NCBI GenBank assembly: GCA_964187785.1
Contig: OZ076409.1
Span: 20,152,001-20,216,000, forward strand
DNA length: 64,000 bases
Reading direction: 5' to 3'
DNA from: Amphiscolops sp. MND2022
Taxonomy: Eukaryota
The translations under genes and the position numbers were made by a program. The stretch's first letter is position 1, and each line of letters begins with the position of its first letter. A model generated the notes under the pieces. The model made no database searches. It was not told the DNA's origin and was given only the letters and a program-made list of their open reading frames with translations. Positions 37,633-48,210 of this stretch are shown piece after piece.

Positions 37633-40314
37633 GGGTGTTATCTTTCTCTGAGATTATAGTCAACTAAGGAAACGGTAATGTTGCTATTAACTCAAATAAC
37701 TAATGCTATGCTACCTACTAAGGTTAACAGAAAGTTTTGGTTTCTCTTTTTGCAAGTTGAAGAGAGTACGATTTGAATGAACAAAAAAAAATTTTTTGTG
37801 TGTATACTGGGGTGGGGGTTCACAGATGATTGTAGATAGGATGTTTACTAGGGGAGCTATGGGTGAAATGACGGAATCGCAATGGGAGTTTTGGATGGTT
37901 GGTTAATTCGGCGGTGAGTTGAAAGTGTCTCAGCGCAGTGCGCTTATTGGTTTCTGTGAGACTCAGCTTTCTCGCTACGTTTTCCTAATTGATGTATTCG
38001 AGTGTCATGGGCTAAACAAAATGGAGGTTGATTTTGGGGGTGTGTATGGAGATAGGCACTGAGTTTGGTGGAATGGTGGGTACCGTAATGGTAGTGTTAC
38101 GCCAACAAACGCTCACTTTTTTATAGACGCGATTACTGGTTTGCTAGTTTTCCATCTCACTAAGTGCCTTGCGGGGAGTCCTTGATTTTGGAAACGCTTG
38201 GAAGGTGGTATTATCGATTCAACGGGATGCGTTGGGGACGCTATCTGCGGTAGTTGGGTATTTGTGTTCTTTGTAGGCTTGTTTTAGGGTATGAAACTCG
38301 CAATTTTTTACTCGATTTTTGGGAAATCGATGAATTTTGTGTCAAATAGCACGCTTGGGAGGGGTGAAAATTGCTTCCAGCGCTAGTAGCGACTTGAAAA
38401 TTTCACATCATAAATTATGCCAGTTGAATCGTGGGGAATTGGTCACCGATTGCGCAGAAATTGATTCAGTGGGTGTTACGGTCACTTTACAACAATTTTC
38501 AAAAATTTGACTATGTCGTGAAATTCACAAAAATGTCAAACTCGCCTTCTAGGCGTTCGCGCTACCTGAAATTTGCATGCGAGGGTAACCTTTGCCCACG
38601 TAACGGAAAAACACGGCTGGGAGGCGTCTGGATCAACATTCGGCGATCCGAGGTGACAAAACCTTGATGTACCAGAGGGACCACTTTTTTGGCTCAAAAT
38701 TCACAAAAATGTCAATTTCTCAGCTTTGGTTAGTAGCCGGCTGCTCAAATTGCACGAATCGTCGGGATTTAATGCCATGCGTACGAAAAGGCAAGAATTC
38801 TAGTGCTGGGATACCTGCAAGGTATTGTACTATGCTCAACTAAAATTCAAAATTTTTTGACAATTTCGTACACTTTCTGAGCAAAACTGCGGCTAAGTTT
38901 TCTCGATCACCAGTAATGCTTGCGGAACGAAATCTCTCTGGAACATTTCATTAGAAGAGAGACTCTCTCATCCCTCATCTCTCCAATTTCTCTCTCATCC
39001 CTCTGGAAACGCTACACCAATGTCTTGGGATTTTCACCGAAGTGACACGTTTTTGGCTATTTCTCGGCAACCACTGGTTGGAATCACTCGCAGTTTTCTG
39101 CGTTTGCAACGTTTTACTTGGTATTGACAGAAAATAGGCAATCTAAACCTAGTAGGTTCCAAATAAGGTCTTCAAAATTTTTATTTAAGTTATATTTTTT
39201 ACCATCTCGGGACTGTACAGAAAATGTTCGTTTTCGCTGAGAACTTTATATTTCTCGGTACTGGATTGTTTCAAGTGGTCTTTTTCAGAAGCGTTCAGGT
39301 GTACTAAAATTTTATTTAGGGGTTTGGGTGGTTTCAATTATTAATTTGATTTCAATAACACTCGGGTCTATGGGTTCCTCTGCTCAGGCCTGTATGTAAT
39401 AAAAGAAAGGGGTTGATAAAGTTTCAATTTATATTGGGGGAAAGCAAAAAACCGTCTTGGTAGTAGTGTTTCAGACTGCCAAGCTCGACAAAAAAATTTT
39501 GGGACTCTGAAAAGGCTTGGGAACTGACGCCCAAGGCTTTGCCCTTGTCAAATTGGGTCGAAATGACCGAATTTGGCGATTTTTCAATAAAATTTACTGT
39601 TTTTCGTTATTTTCGAAAAAGTGGCCCAGCAAAATTTCTTGTTCTAGACCCACTGGGTCTGTTAGAACGTTTCACTAGTATTCCCGCTGGCCGTACTTCG
39701 TTTAACAAAATTTTGGCTTTCAAAATTGAAAATTTCGGGGTTTAAGCCATAAATAGCGTTATTTTCGAGGTTTTCAAGCTCGAATCACTTAACAACTGAT
39801 CGGAACACCCTCTAGGTATTTTCTCAGTTAGTTAGTATGGGGACAAGCCTGGGAATACTCTTTTTGGGCCTTTAAAAGCGATAGGAAAGAATTAACCTAG
39901 CTGTACTTGTAGATTCGGCCACTGCAGGGGAGAGTGAGGTGGTGACGTTAAGTACCTGACGTCTTGCACTCAGCAGGTTGGGGCGTTCACGAATTGTCCT
40001 CTCGGTCCCTGAACATTGCCAATTAGCTGAAAATAAGCTGGAAAACCCTTTAAAACACGTTCCGGATAGGCTGGAATTGCTTTTCTGTTAGGTACAAGTA
40101 AAGATAAAGGCGGTGCACCGTTAGAAACTGTTAATTTCTCATTGTAGACATCAGAAACATGCGGAAAACGTAGAAACAACATTAGTACAGAGCCCAGAGG
40201 GCTAGAAAAAGGCTATGAAAAATTCTAGGACCCTCCCTTTAGTTCTTCCTAGATCCGGACCTAACAGGGCCGGAAAGCAGAAATTGCTCCTACTTGTACG
40301 CAAAATGAAAAATA

Positions 40315-40331
40315 TCCCTCTGTGGTCGCCA
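40315..40331 (-). other. Primer-binding site, tRNA-Arg-like
   Basis: Minus strand TGGCGACCACAGAGGGA resembles the complement of the animal tRNA-Arg(TCG) 3' end (...TCCCnnnGTGGTCG-CCA); it lies 16 nt inside the LTR edge. Confidence 0.7.
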
Positions 40332-40347
40332 TAAAAACTATTCCAGA

Positions 40348-41070
40348 TGTAACGTCCGGCTAGCGGTGCACATCTAGGAAGAGGGTCAATGCCTAGGATG
40401 CTTAAACAGGAGACCGTTGTCTTACTACATACCTAGACACTAGTTTTTGGTCCCAAAATGGTCTCCTAGGGGGACTTTTCTATCGTCTAAGGAGGCTTCT
40501 CTAGTTAGAGCTCCGAAGCGACGCGCCGGCACTCTGAAAGTCCGGACACGCCCCACAAGCATGTAAAAACGTATCCTAAGGTTTCTGGCTAGTTCCTACG
40601 ACTTCCTACATACTTCCGAGGTCCAAAAAGGTGTCTATCTGAAATACATTGTATTTGATGGATAAGTTCTAAAATACAGACCTAGTAGGTCTAGCATCAC
40701 CCAAATACTTGACAAATGATAACAAAATACGGGGATAAGCCCCAACAACATTACATTACAGTTTAGGATGCTTCATCTACTCGGCCTCTGGCGTCGTTCT
40801 TCACTTTCGGGTGTCTTCTCGGAGAGATGGCACAACATTCCGATTGGGTTGATCTTTTCTTCTGCTGAATTCTCCTTCTTCTCCATCTCATTCTTCTTTC
40901 TTTTTTTGATATTCTCTCACTTGCTTTCTTTTTTGCTCTACTTTCGCGCTCTTTTTTCTCTCGTTCACGTCTTGGTACCTGCTAGGTCGGCCATTTTGAA
41001 TGTGCTGTTTTGATATCGCACATTTCGAAATTTTCATCGAAGATTTGTCATGCCGGTGGCTGACGTTACA
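40348..41070 (-). repeat. 5' LTR (723 bp)
   Basis: Direct repeat of 22078-22803; TG...CA termini. Confidence 0.97.
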
Positions 41071-43289
41071 AAAAGTCTCACAATGCCGAAAAAATCTGAA
41101 AGGGGGGACCCTTTAGTCTCCTGGTATTGTGTTACGCTGAAAAACATGAAAAACCTTTTTGGTTCAGTTCGCTAAGCCAAATGTTTTAATTTGGCACCAT
41201 AAAAGTTCGTAGAACTTTTAAGAACTATTTTGGTCAGTTCGTGTGGATTGAAAAAAGGGTTACTATAGTAGTCGCGTTTCACTTCATGAAGCGCCGAATA
41301 AAAACATCATCTTGAAAAGTGTGGGGGAAAAGGAAAAAGTACCGTTTATTGTTTCAACAAAACATTTTTCACGCATTTTGACTATGTTCGTATTCACTGT
41401 TTGTTGTGACTCAAAACAGGAGGCTGTTGATTTCTTCAAGAAGAATTCGTGACTTCATAAAGAGAAATGTTTTTGCTTCGTAATCAAGTGTTTTTGTTAT
41501 CATATTTTCACGAATTTTCCAAAAGAAATTGTTGTTGGGTGGGACAGAAAAAAGCCCGGCATTTATGTCGTCTGAGTCGTCTGAGTCGTCAGATTGAGAA
41601 ACAAGATTGTTTGCAAATTTCACCTTAGAACTTGCCGAAAGTATCAAAAAATTATACAAAACTTTCAACAAGCGTACGATATAAAGATCGCCGAGAATTC
41701 CGACAGTCCAACTTTTATTTATTGACAAAATTTCTCAATTACAAAGCTGTAAGTTATTTTTTCGACACGACTGTGTGAATTTTTTGGGATTTTTTTTCAT
41801 GTAACAAAAAGTTTTCGTTTTTCTATTCTCAGTTAGAGAAATGTCCTTTTTGAGTCCTTGATATCTTCACTTCGAAAATGAACTGGTACTATGGAAGTTT
41901 GAGAATTGTGTTCCCGATTTCTTACATTGAGGAGGGTTGCCCTAATGGCACGAGATTGCAAGAACGTTTCAACACAGAACTTTTTAGCGCGCCGCTAAAT
42001 GGATGAGAAATTTTCACGGTTTCACATTTTTTGGGGTTTCTTTAGGGCTCCTCAAATTCAATATAATCGAAAGTGGATTCCTCTGGCACAATTTGATAAT
42101 ACCCACACTTTTTTCAAACTGAACCGAAACAACAGAAACTTCTGATATATCGAGCAAAAATCAAGTAATAATTTCTGATATACCTTATATTCATTACTCT
42201 ACATTTCAATGTATACACTAAAGTTTAGATATCTTCCATCCGGTTATGGTGTTCTGACGTAATCCATTTTTTCGGTGTTGACAAGTAATGATCGAATTTG
42301 TTCAAACCGTTTCCTGTTTGAATATGAAGGTCTTCAAAATTATTAGGGGAAAAACAGCGACTCCGGACGAATTTTTAAAAACTTCCTAAGCACTTGTCGA
42401 AACACCATGGCTGCGCTGGTACCCTGGAGCAATTTTGACGGAACCCAACAACCGCCTAACCCAAAGTGACAAGGAAAACACGTACAACATAGTCAACTAG
42501 TTTTATGAATTCATTTCAGTCATGTAACGTTATATTTGTTAGGTCTATTGTTACATTGGAGTTGAGTAAACATTGTTAATAATCCAATATGTCATATTTG
42601 CTAGGGCTCATTCATAAACAGATGACTTGGGTTCATAAAGTATGTCTTCAAGTGAATGAGTTGAACTGAAGTTGTGCAATCTGAATGCCCTTGAGTGACT
42701 TCTGTGTCCTTATACATCGTATTATGATGAAGATAGAGGTTAATATACCTTTTAAAGCCATATGAATGTTCGTCAATTTGCGTTTCTCAGATTAGTGAAT
42801 ATGCATCAAAATGCAGTTCGAAAATTTGTGACCAAAAGTCACTTTGAGCTTTAGCAATAACAAAAGGACGTCATGATACGTCTTTATGGATGACGTATAT
42901 ACCCTTAACGTTCCTTAATGTACTCTTCATGTGTAATCCTTAAGGCTCCATGGTTTTACATGAATTATACTGTTGTTGCGATGTCATGTAGCGGAATTTT
43001 TGCAATCTATGAACAGAATGACAGCAGGTGACGTAATTCTTTTTATTTCTAATAAATGTTTCAAAAACCGAGTGCCATGCAAAAAAAAATTGGAAAAGCG
43101 TGCGCTAAACATAGGATTTCACTTTTTGAAAAACTGTTATACTCAACAAGAACTCTCCACAATCATTTACTCTTGTAAAGAGATAATTGATCACGTGTTA
43201 GTTCTTCATTATCTCAAGTTTTGATATCAATTTAGTCAATCAAAAAATCAAATATTTCTCGCAACAAAGCGGATTTTCAATCGAGCAAA

Positions 43290-43600
43290 GATGGGAAACA
43301 GAAAAAATACAATGTCTGGAAGACTAGATAGTCCCTCGCCAGAAAGAGAAACAAACAACATAGAAGTAGAAACTCCAAATCAAGGTAATGAGACTTTACC
43401 GAATAATAATGTTGATTGTCAAGAACGTTTAGGTGAAAAAATCTGGTTTCCCAAATGACTGAACCTAGCCAATGAGTAATGAAATACAAGTTTGGAGTCA
43501 AATTCTTGAGCAGATAAATGACGAGAAAACCGGACGAATGAGATCAGGAATGGTAGACAAAGTCGAAGCAATACTTAAAGAAATAAAATCCGACATTCGG
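43290..43600 (+). pseudogene. Possible N-terminal gag fragment of another LTR element
   Basis: Frameshifted coding-like stretch ending in a coiled-coil-like SNEIQVWSQILEQ...VEAILKEIKS; no diagnostic motif. Confidence 0.3.
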
Positions 43601-45760
43601 GCTCCAGAAATGAGCAGTTTGTATGAGTTCACGCCTCAGTTATTGAAAATACGGAATATGAATGTTTTTCGTTAAGGGCCTCAGAAATGAAGAAATAAGA
43701 ATACTGTGATACCTATGCCTCAAAACGTATTCGATGTAGACGGGACTGTAAATATAAACCAGAACCCTGACGAGGATTATCGCAACTCTTCAATGGTAAC
43801 TTCACGGACACTTTGAGTCTGAGATTTTATGCAGACTTTCATTTTCTTGGAAAAACTTCTCAGCTTGTTTGAACAATCAAAGGTTCCCTTTGCGATGATT
43901 GTTGGCCCTATCAATCCAATTAAACCTTTCCAAACATTGACTGAAACTTTCTCATAAACACTATAATAGTCTTTTTTCCTATCAAAATATACCCCTCTAT
44001 TTGCAATTTCTTTATTGAACCTCTGAATTCGTTTGGAATGAACTGCACTGCGTACGGCATAATTAGCGAGTCTGGACATTAATGCGTTGGCCATTTTCGA
44101 ACCGCCCGTTGGCAAAACGCCAATTTCGCAACATTTACCTGATTTTAGTATCGCTTTGTGAAAACAAAACACGCAAGATTGGCATCTCAGAGCTAGATTA
44201 GAGATTTTTACTCGTCAGAACCGGGTCCCAGAGGTAACAGGGATTTCGTAGTCTCGCCTAAAGAAACCACAGGTTTTTAGTAGGAGCACGCTTTTAGCCG
44301 TAGACGACTAAATCTAAAAAACCTCAGGCTTATAGAACTGTTCTTTGAACATACTTGTAATGGAATTTCTTTTGTATTCTGTATCCAAATGGAAAATTAC
44401 CTCATCGGAGTACCTCACAAACCCCAAATTAGCTGCAGAAAGCAATATGAGAATGGAAAAAGGGAATTTCCAGCAAATCAAAAAGTTACTATAACGAATT
44501 CTGAGTTACCGGAAATACTTGAACTACTATGGCAAATCATTTTCCCGAAACATTACATTAACACAGTTTTATCATCTTCTCTACCAACCCAGGTCACCCC
44601 CATGTAATCATTTCAACCGCCAAAACGAATCCAATGTGGAAAGTGAGCGTCTCAAATTTTCAAAACCACTCCTGAAAAATTTGAGTGAAATGGATTAAAA
44701 AACATTGTATACCTTGCATTCTCTAGCTACCTTACATTCTCTAGCTCTCACAACTAGGGACAAGTTTTCTGGTCGAGCTGCGGAATCTTGGGTTTGATGG
44801 ATCCTAGCTCGGTTTCGAGCTAGCTTTACAGCTGGCAGTCGAGCGCAGCATAGTTTCAAGTGATCTCTAAAAATGCTAGTTGTCAGACATTCATTATTAG
44901 TCTGAGATCAGGCCCGAGCACGAAACCTGAACTGGTCTGGGCCTAGACAAGAGATTTCTTGGTCTTTGTCAGGTCTGGTCAGAGATTTTGAACAAAAATT
45001 TTGTCACCTGTGTTTCGTCAGTCAGACATGGGGCCAGATCTGGCGCCTGATTAAGAAACAACTGGGTGGCAACTAGCGCAGCTTCAGTGGTTTTACGTTT
45101 TTTTTGTGGTCGAATCCAATCGGGTCGAAAGGACCAAAAATTCTTCAAAAGTTTACTAAATGTCCAAATCTTTCAACCGATGTCCTTTTTCATTTACTAA
45201 CATATTTATTTGGATTGAAAAACAAATTATTTATATATTGTTTTGTCTATGTGCAAGTTTGATTAGATTCTTTCCTAATTTCACGCTTCAATTTTGTATT
45301 TTTTGGTTAGAAAGAACCCTTTTGAGACCAGAACATTTCCCGTTGAAATTTTTTGTATTGTGCGCAACTTTGCTGAATTTTTTCTTTCTGCCAAAGAACT
45401 GTTTTGTCATTTCAGTTAGAAAAAATTCAAAGGTTCGTTATAGACACTAGATTTTTTGTATTTTTTCTCCAAGACAATCTTCTAGCATAGTTGAAAAAAT
45501 ATAACTTTTTTAAACATTGAAGAAAAAACAAGTTTTTAATGCTTTGGCACTGTGAATTCTTTTCAAACAGTTTTTTTAACACTTTGAAGTACTAGCGTTT
45601 TTCCAGCCTGAAGAGGGGCGCCGACTTATGCCGTCCTCCGTTTGCTTTTACAAGGAGTTTTGTGTTTTTTCTGTTTATCATTGGCATTTTTAGACTGGAA
45701 GTTTTTTCGGAGTGTTTTTGTGGTTTCAACATGCGCAAACAAAACTGAAACGTCTCAAAT

Positions 45761-46028
45761 GGTGGCAAGACAAAATAACCAAAGTCAAAATAACCAAGGT
45801 CAAAATAGCCAATGCCAAAATATCCAATATGCCAAAATGCCAAAATAGCCAAGACCAAAATAGCCAATGCCATATAGACCAATACCAAAACAGTCAAAGT
45901 GACACTATAACATTGGCTATTATGTCACGTTGGCTATTTTGGCATTGGCTATTTTGTCACGTTGGATATTTTGGCATTGGCTATTATGGCATTGGTTATT
46001 ATGACTTAGGATATTCTGACATGTAACC
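45761..46028. mobile_element. Foldback/MULE-like MITE with 9 bp TSD
   Basis: Arms of ~15 bp caaaatagccaatgc subrepeats and their inverse; GTCTCAAAT on both flanks. Confidence 0.85.
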
Positions 46029-46523
46029 GTCTCAAATCAACACCCCGTTTTGTCAGCTCAAGGTCTTTCATATATTGTTAGGGGTGCTTCTTCCTTCAAA
46101 CCTAAACGGGGAGCATTTGGTCTTGTCTAGTTTTGCAAACAAAAAATTGATCCTGTGCGGAATTCAAATCCTTGAAATGAGCAACTTAAAAGTACTAAGC
46201 GCTTTGGAACCTTAGGAGTCTCCCCAAATTAATCCGTTCCCTGTTTTTTTTGTGAAAACTCCGTGAAATTTAGTTTCGCAGTGCAGTTTAAAGTTCACTT
46301 TTTTTCTCAAATTTCACAATATAAGAAATCTGCAATGCCTCATTAATTCAGAGGTGGGCTTATGAAAAACCTGGAGTTTGTGATTATTGCCATTATTGCG
46401 AAATCATGTTGGATCAAGCTCATGAAAAACTATTCAAAATAATATTTTTCTTCTAATAAAAGAATAACAATCTATGTCAAACATCGTTTGCATTTCAACA
46501 CTCAGGGAAACATGCACTTTTGC

Positions 46524-48210
46524 CTCTGATTGGTCCAGGTGTGGTTATTCTACTTGAAGACGTGGTCGTGTCAATATCTAGGTGACTCAGCCGAGTTGCC
46601 CCTCCTGCATTGATGGAATCCCTCCACTCTTCCACGTAATTCTTCCCCATTTCGCCATTGTCATTGCCTTCTGGCATCGACTTGTGGGGCTGGAATATGA
46701 TGGTGCATTCTGACACATTTGAGATGTCGTTGCGTCGAAGTAATTTGCTACTAGGCTCACTTTGTTCACAGTTTCCTTTGGTTTGTTCAGAGCTCTTTTC
46801 AATAGCTTCTGTCGACGTTTCTTTGTATGCTTCGGATGAAGACTCCTTAACATTCTCGTTTTCATCTTGAGTTCTTGTTTTTCCAACTTTTGATGGTTTT
46901 TGTTCTTCTAAAACAAAAGTTTCGTTTTTGTTGACTCCTTGAAATGGTGATGATTTTTCTTCCTGGGGTGGGAATACTTCATTTCGAACACTTGTATTGC
47001 AACTTTCAGTTTTTGCATCTTTAAATTCAGTAGCTTCTGCTTCCGTTTTCCTCGGTTTGGCGTCTTCAAAACCAACATTGTTTTCATTCTTGGGAACTTG
47101 TTCAGATGACGGCTCACTTTTTGAATTTTTCCTCGAAGTCTCCCTTCCTTTATTTTTTTCCTTGCCATCTTTATTAATTGGTAATTCAACAGGGACATTA
47201 CGTGGATCTTCTGAATTGAAATTTTTGCTATTTTTCACATCTGATTGAGGTTCTTCACCTAACACTCTTCTGTTCGCCGGCTCTTTTTTCAACCTTTTCT
47301 TTCCGGAAACAACCACTGGCCTACTATCATCTTTCGATTGAGGCTTCGATTTTTCCTTGTGAATAATTTTGTCTTTTGCTTTCTTCGATACATCAATTTT
47401 TCCGTCATTTGATCCGTTGGACTTCGAACTCGAACAATTTTTCAGTTTTTGACCCTGAGTTTCCGGAGATTTTTCAGTAACACTGTCATTCTGTTTAGTT
47501 TGATGTTTCACGATTGGGTTTTTGTTTGTCTTGACACCCATGAGTTCTCGGAATTCACTCTCCAAGTTCAAGTTAGCAGTCTTGACGCGATTGTCAATGG
47601 GAATATAAAATTGATTGTCATTAGCGTAGGTCTTGGAATGAGAACTGGCTTTGACTTCAGATCTGATGCTCACAGTCGAATGTTTAGTCGAAGGTATTTC
47701 AGGCAGCTTAGGAGGTTTGATTTCAGGCTGGGCACTACCATGTTTCACTAAAAGTGCGGGTAATCGTTTGGAATCTTGTAAACTGAAATGGTGAATTTTG
47801 TAATCGAGAAGTCGTTGCTTGTGGAAAGTTTCTTCGGATCTTTGTTCCAAAAACAGTTTCTTCTTCAGCTTCAAATATTTCAAAGGATTGTTACTTTGGT
47901 AACTCAAAGGACTTTCTTTTTGCTTCGGAGTAGAAGATTTGTTGTTTTCAATTCTCCGCATGCAGCTGTCAGTGAACTTTTTCGACCCCATGTAAGCAAA
48001 GTAACCGCTTTCAGAATGCGATGGCAAAGCTTTCACCAAGTTTTTGTTTCTCGGCGCTTTTCTATGTTCCATGTAAAAAGTACTCAATATTGAATGACTT
48101 CTCATTGGCTCAAGAATCTCGTAGAAATGGGAGTCTGACCCAGTCACTGTTGTTACTTCGCGTCTCATATCGAATCTGTTTTTGAGACGATAGCTGGTTT
48201 CCGAAGGTGG
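46524..48210 (-). CDS. Large exon encoding a ~560 aa K/E/S-rich, probably disordered region; likely the N-terminal part of the LRR gene
   Basis: 576-codon stop-free ORF 46495..48225, opened by a pyrimidine-rich acceptor (ttttttgttttcgtttcag|CCA, exon start 48210). Two candidate phase-1 donors (G|gcaaaa after 46524, A|gtgcat after 46518) match the phase-1 acceptor of exon 16647-16768. The link is inferred; the ORF could instead end at its own stop (46495). Confidence 0.7.

Larger units (their letters stand above)
22078..41070 (-). mobile_element. Giant Ty3/Gypsy LTR retrotransposon, 18,993 bp, full structure but frameshifted
   Basis: Direct-repeat LTRs with TGTAACGTC...GACGTTACA ends; PPT and PBS in minus orientation; gag-PR-RT-RH-IN order; flanked by A-runs (AAAA-type TSD); the flanks rejoin into one host repeat. 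Confidence 0.97.
21719..41304 (-). mobile_element. HINE family 1 copy split by the giant LTR element
   Basis: 21719-22077 plus 41071-41304 reconstitute an element colinear with the copy at 51759-52541. Confidence 0.85.
21420..41343. mobile_element. MITE B nested in MITE A, itself split
   Basis: TIR ggctctttttccttttccccacactttt / aaaagtgtgggggaaaaggaaaaagtacc; flanks gtttttg / gtttattg. Confidence 0.75.
21099..41556. mobile_element. MITE A second copy, split by nested insertions
   Basis: 21099-21187 and 21373-21419 align to the left part of 19870-20280; 41344-41556 aligns to the right part; TSD degenerate. Confidence 0.75.

Noticed and set aside
45592..46026. Repetitive ORFs (GYFGIGYFD / QNSQ repeats)
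   Set aside because: Translations of the 15 bp subrepeats of the foldback MITE.
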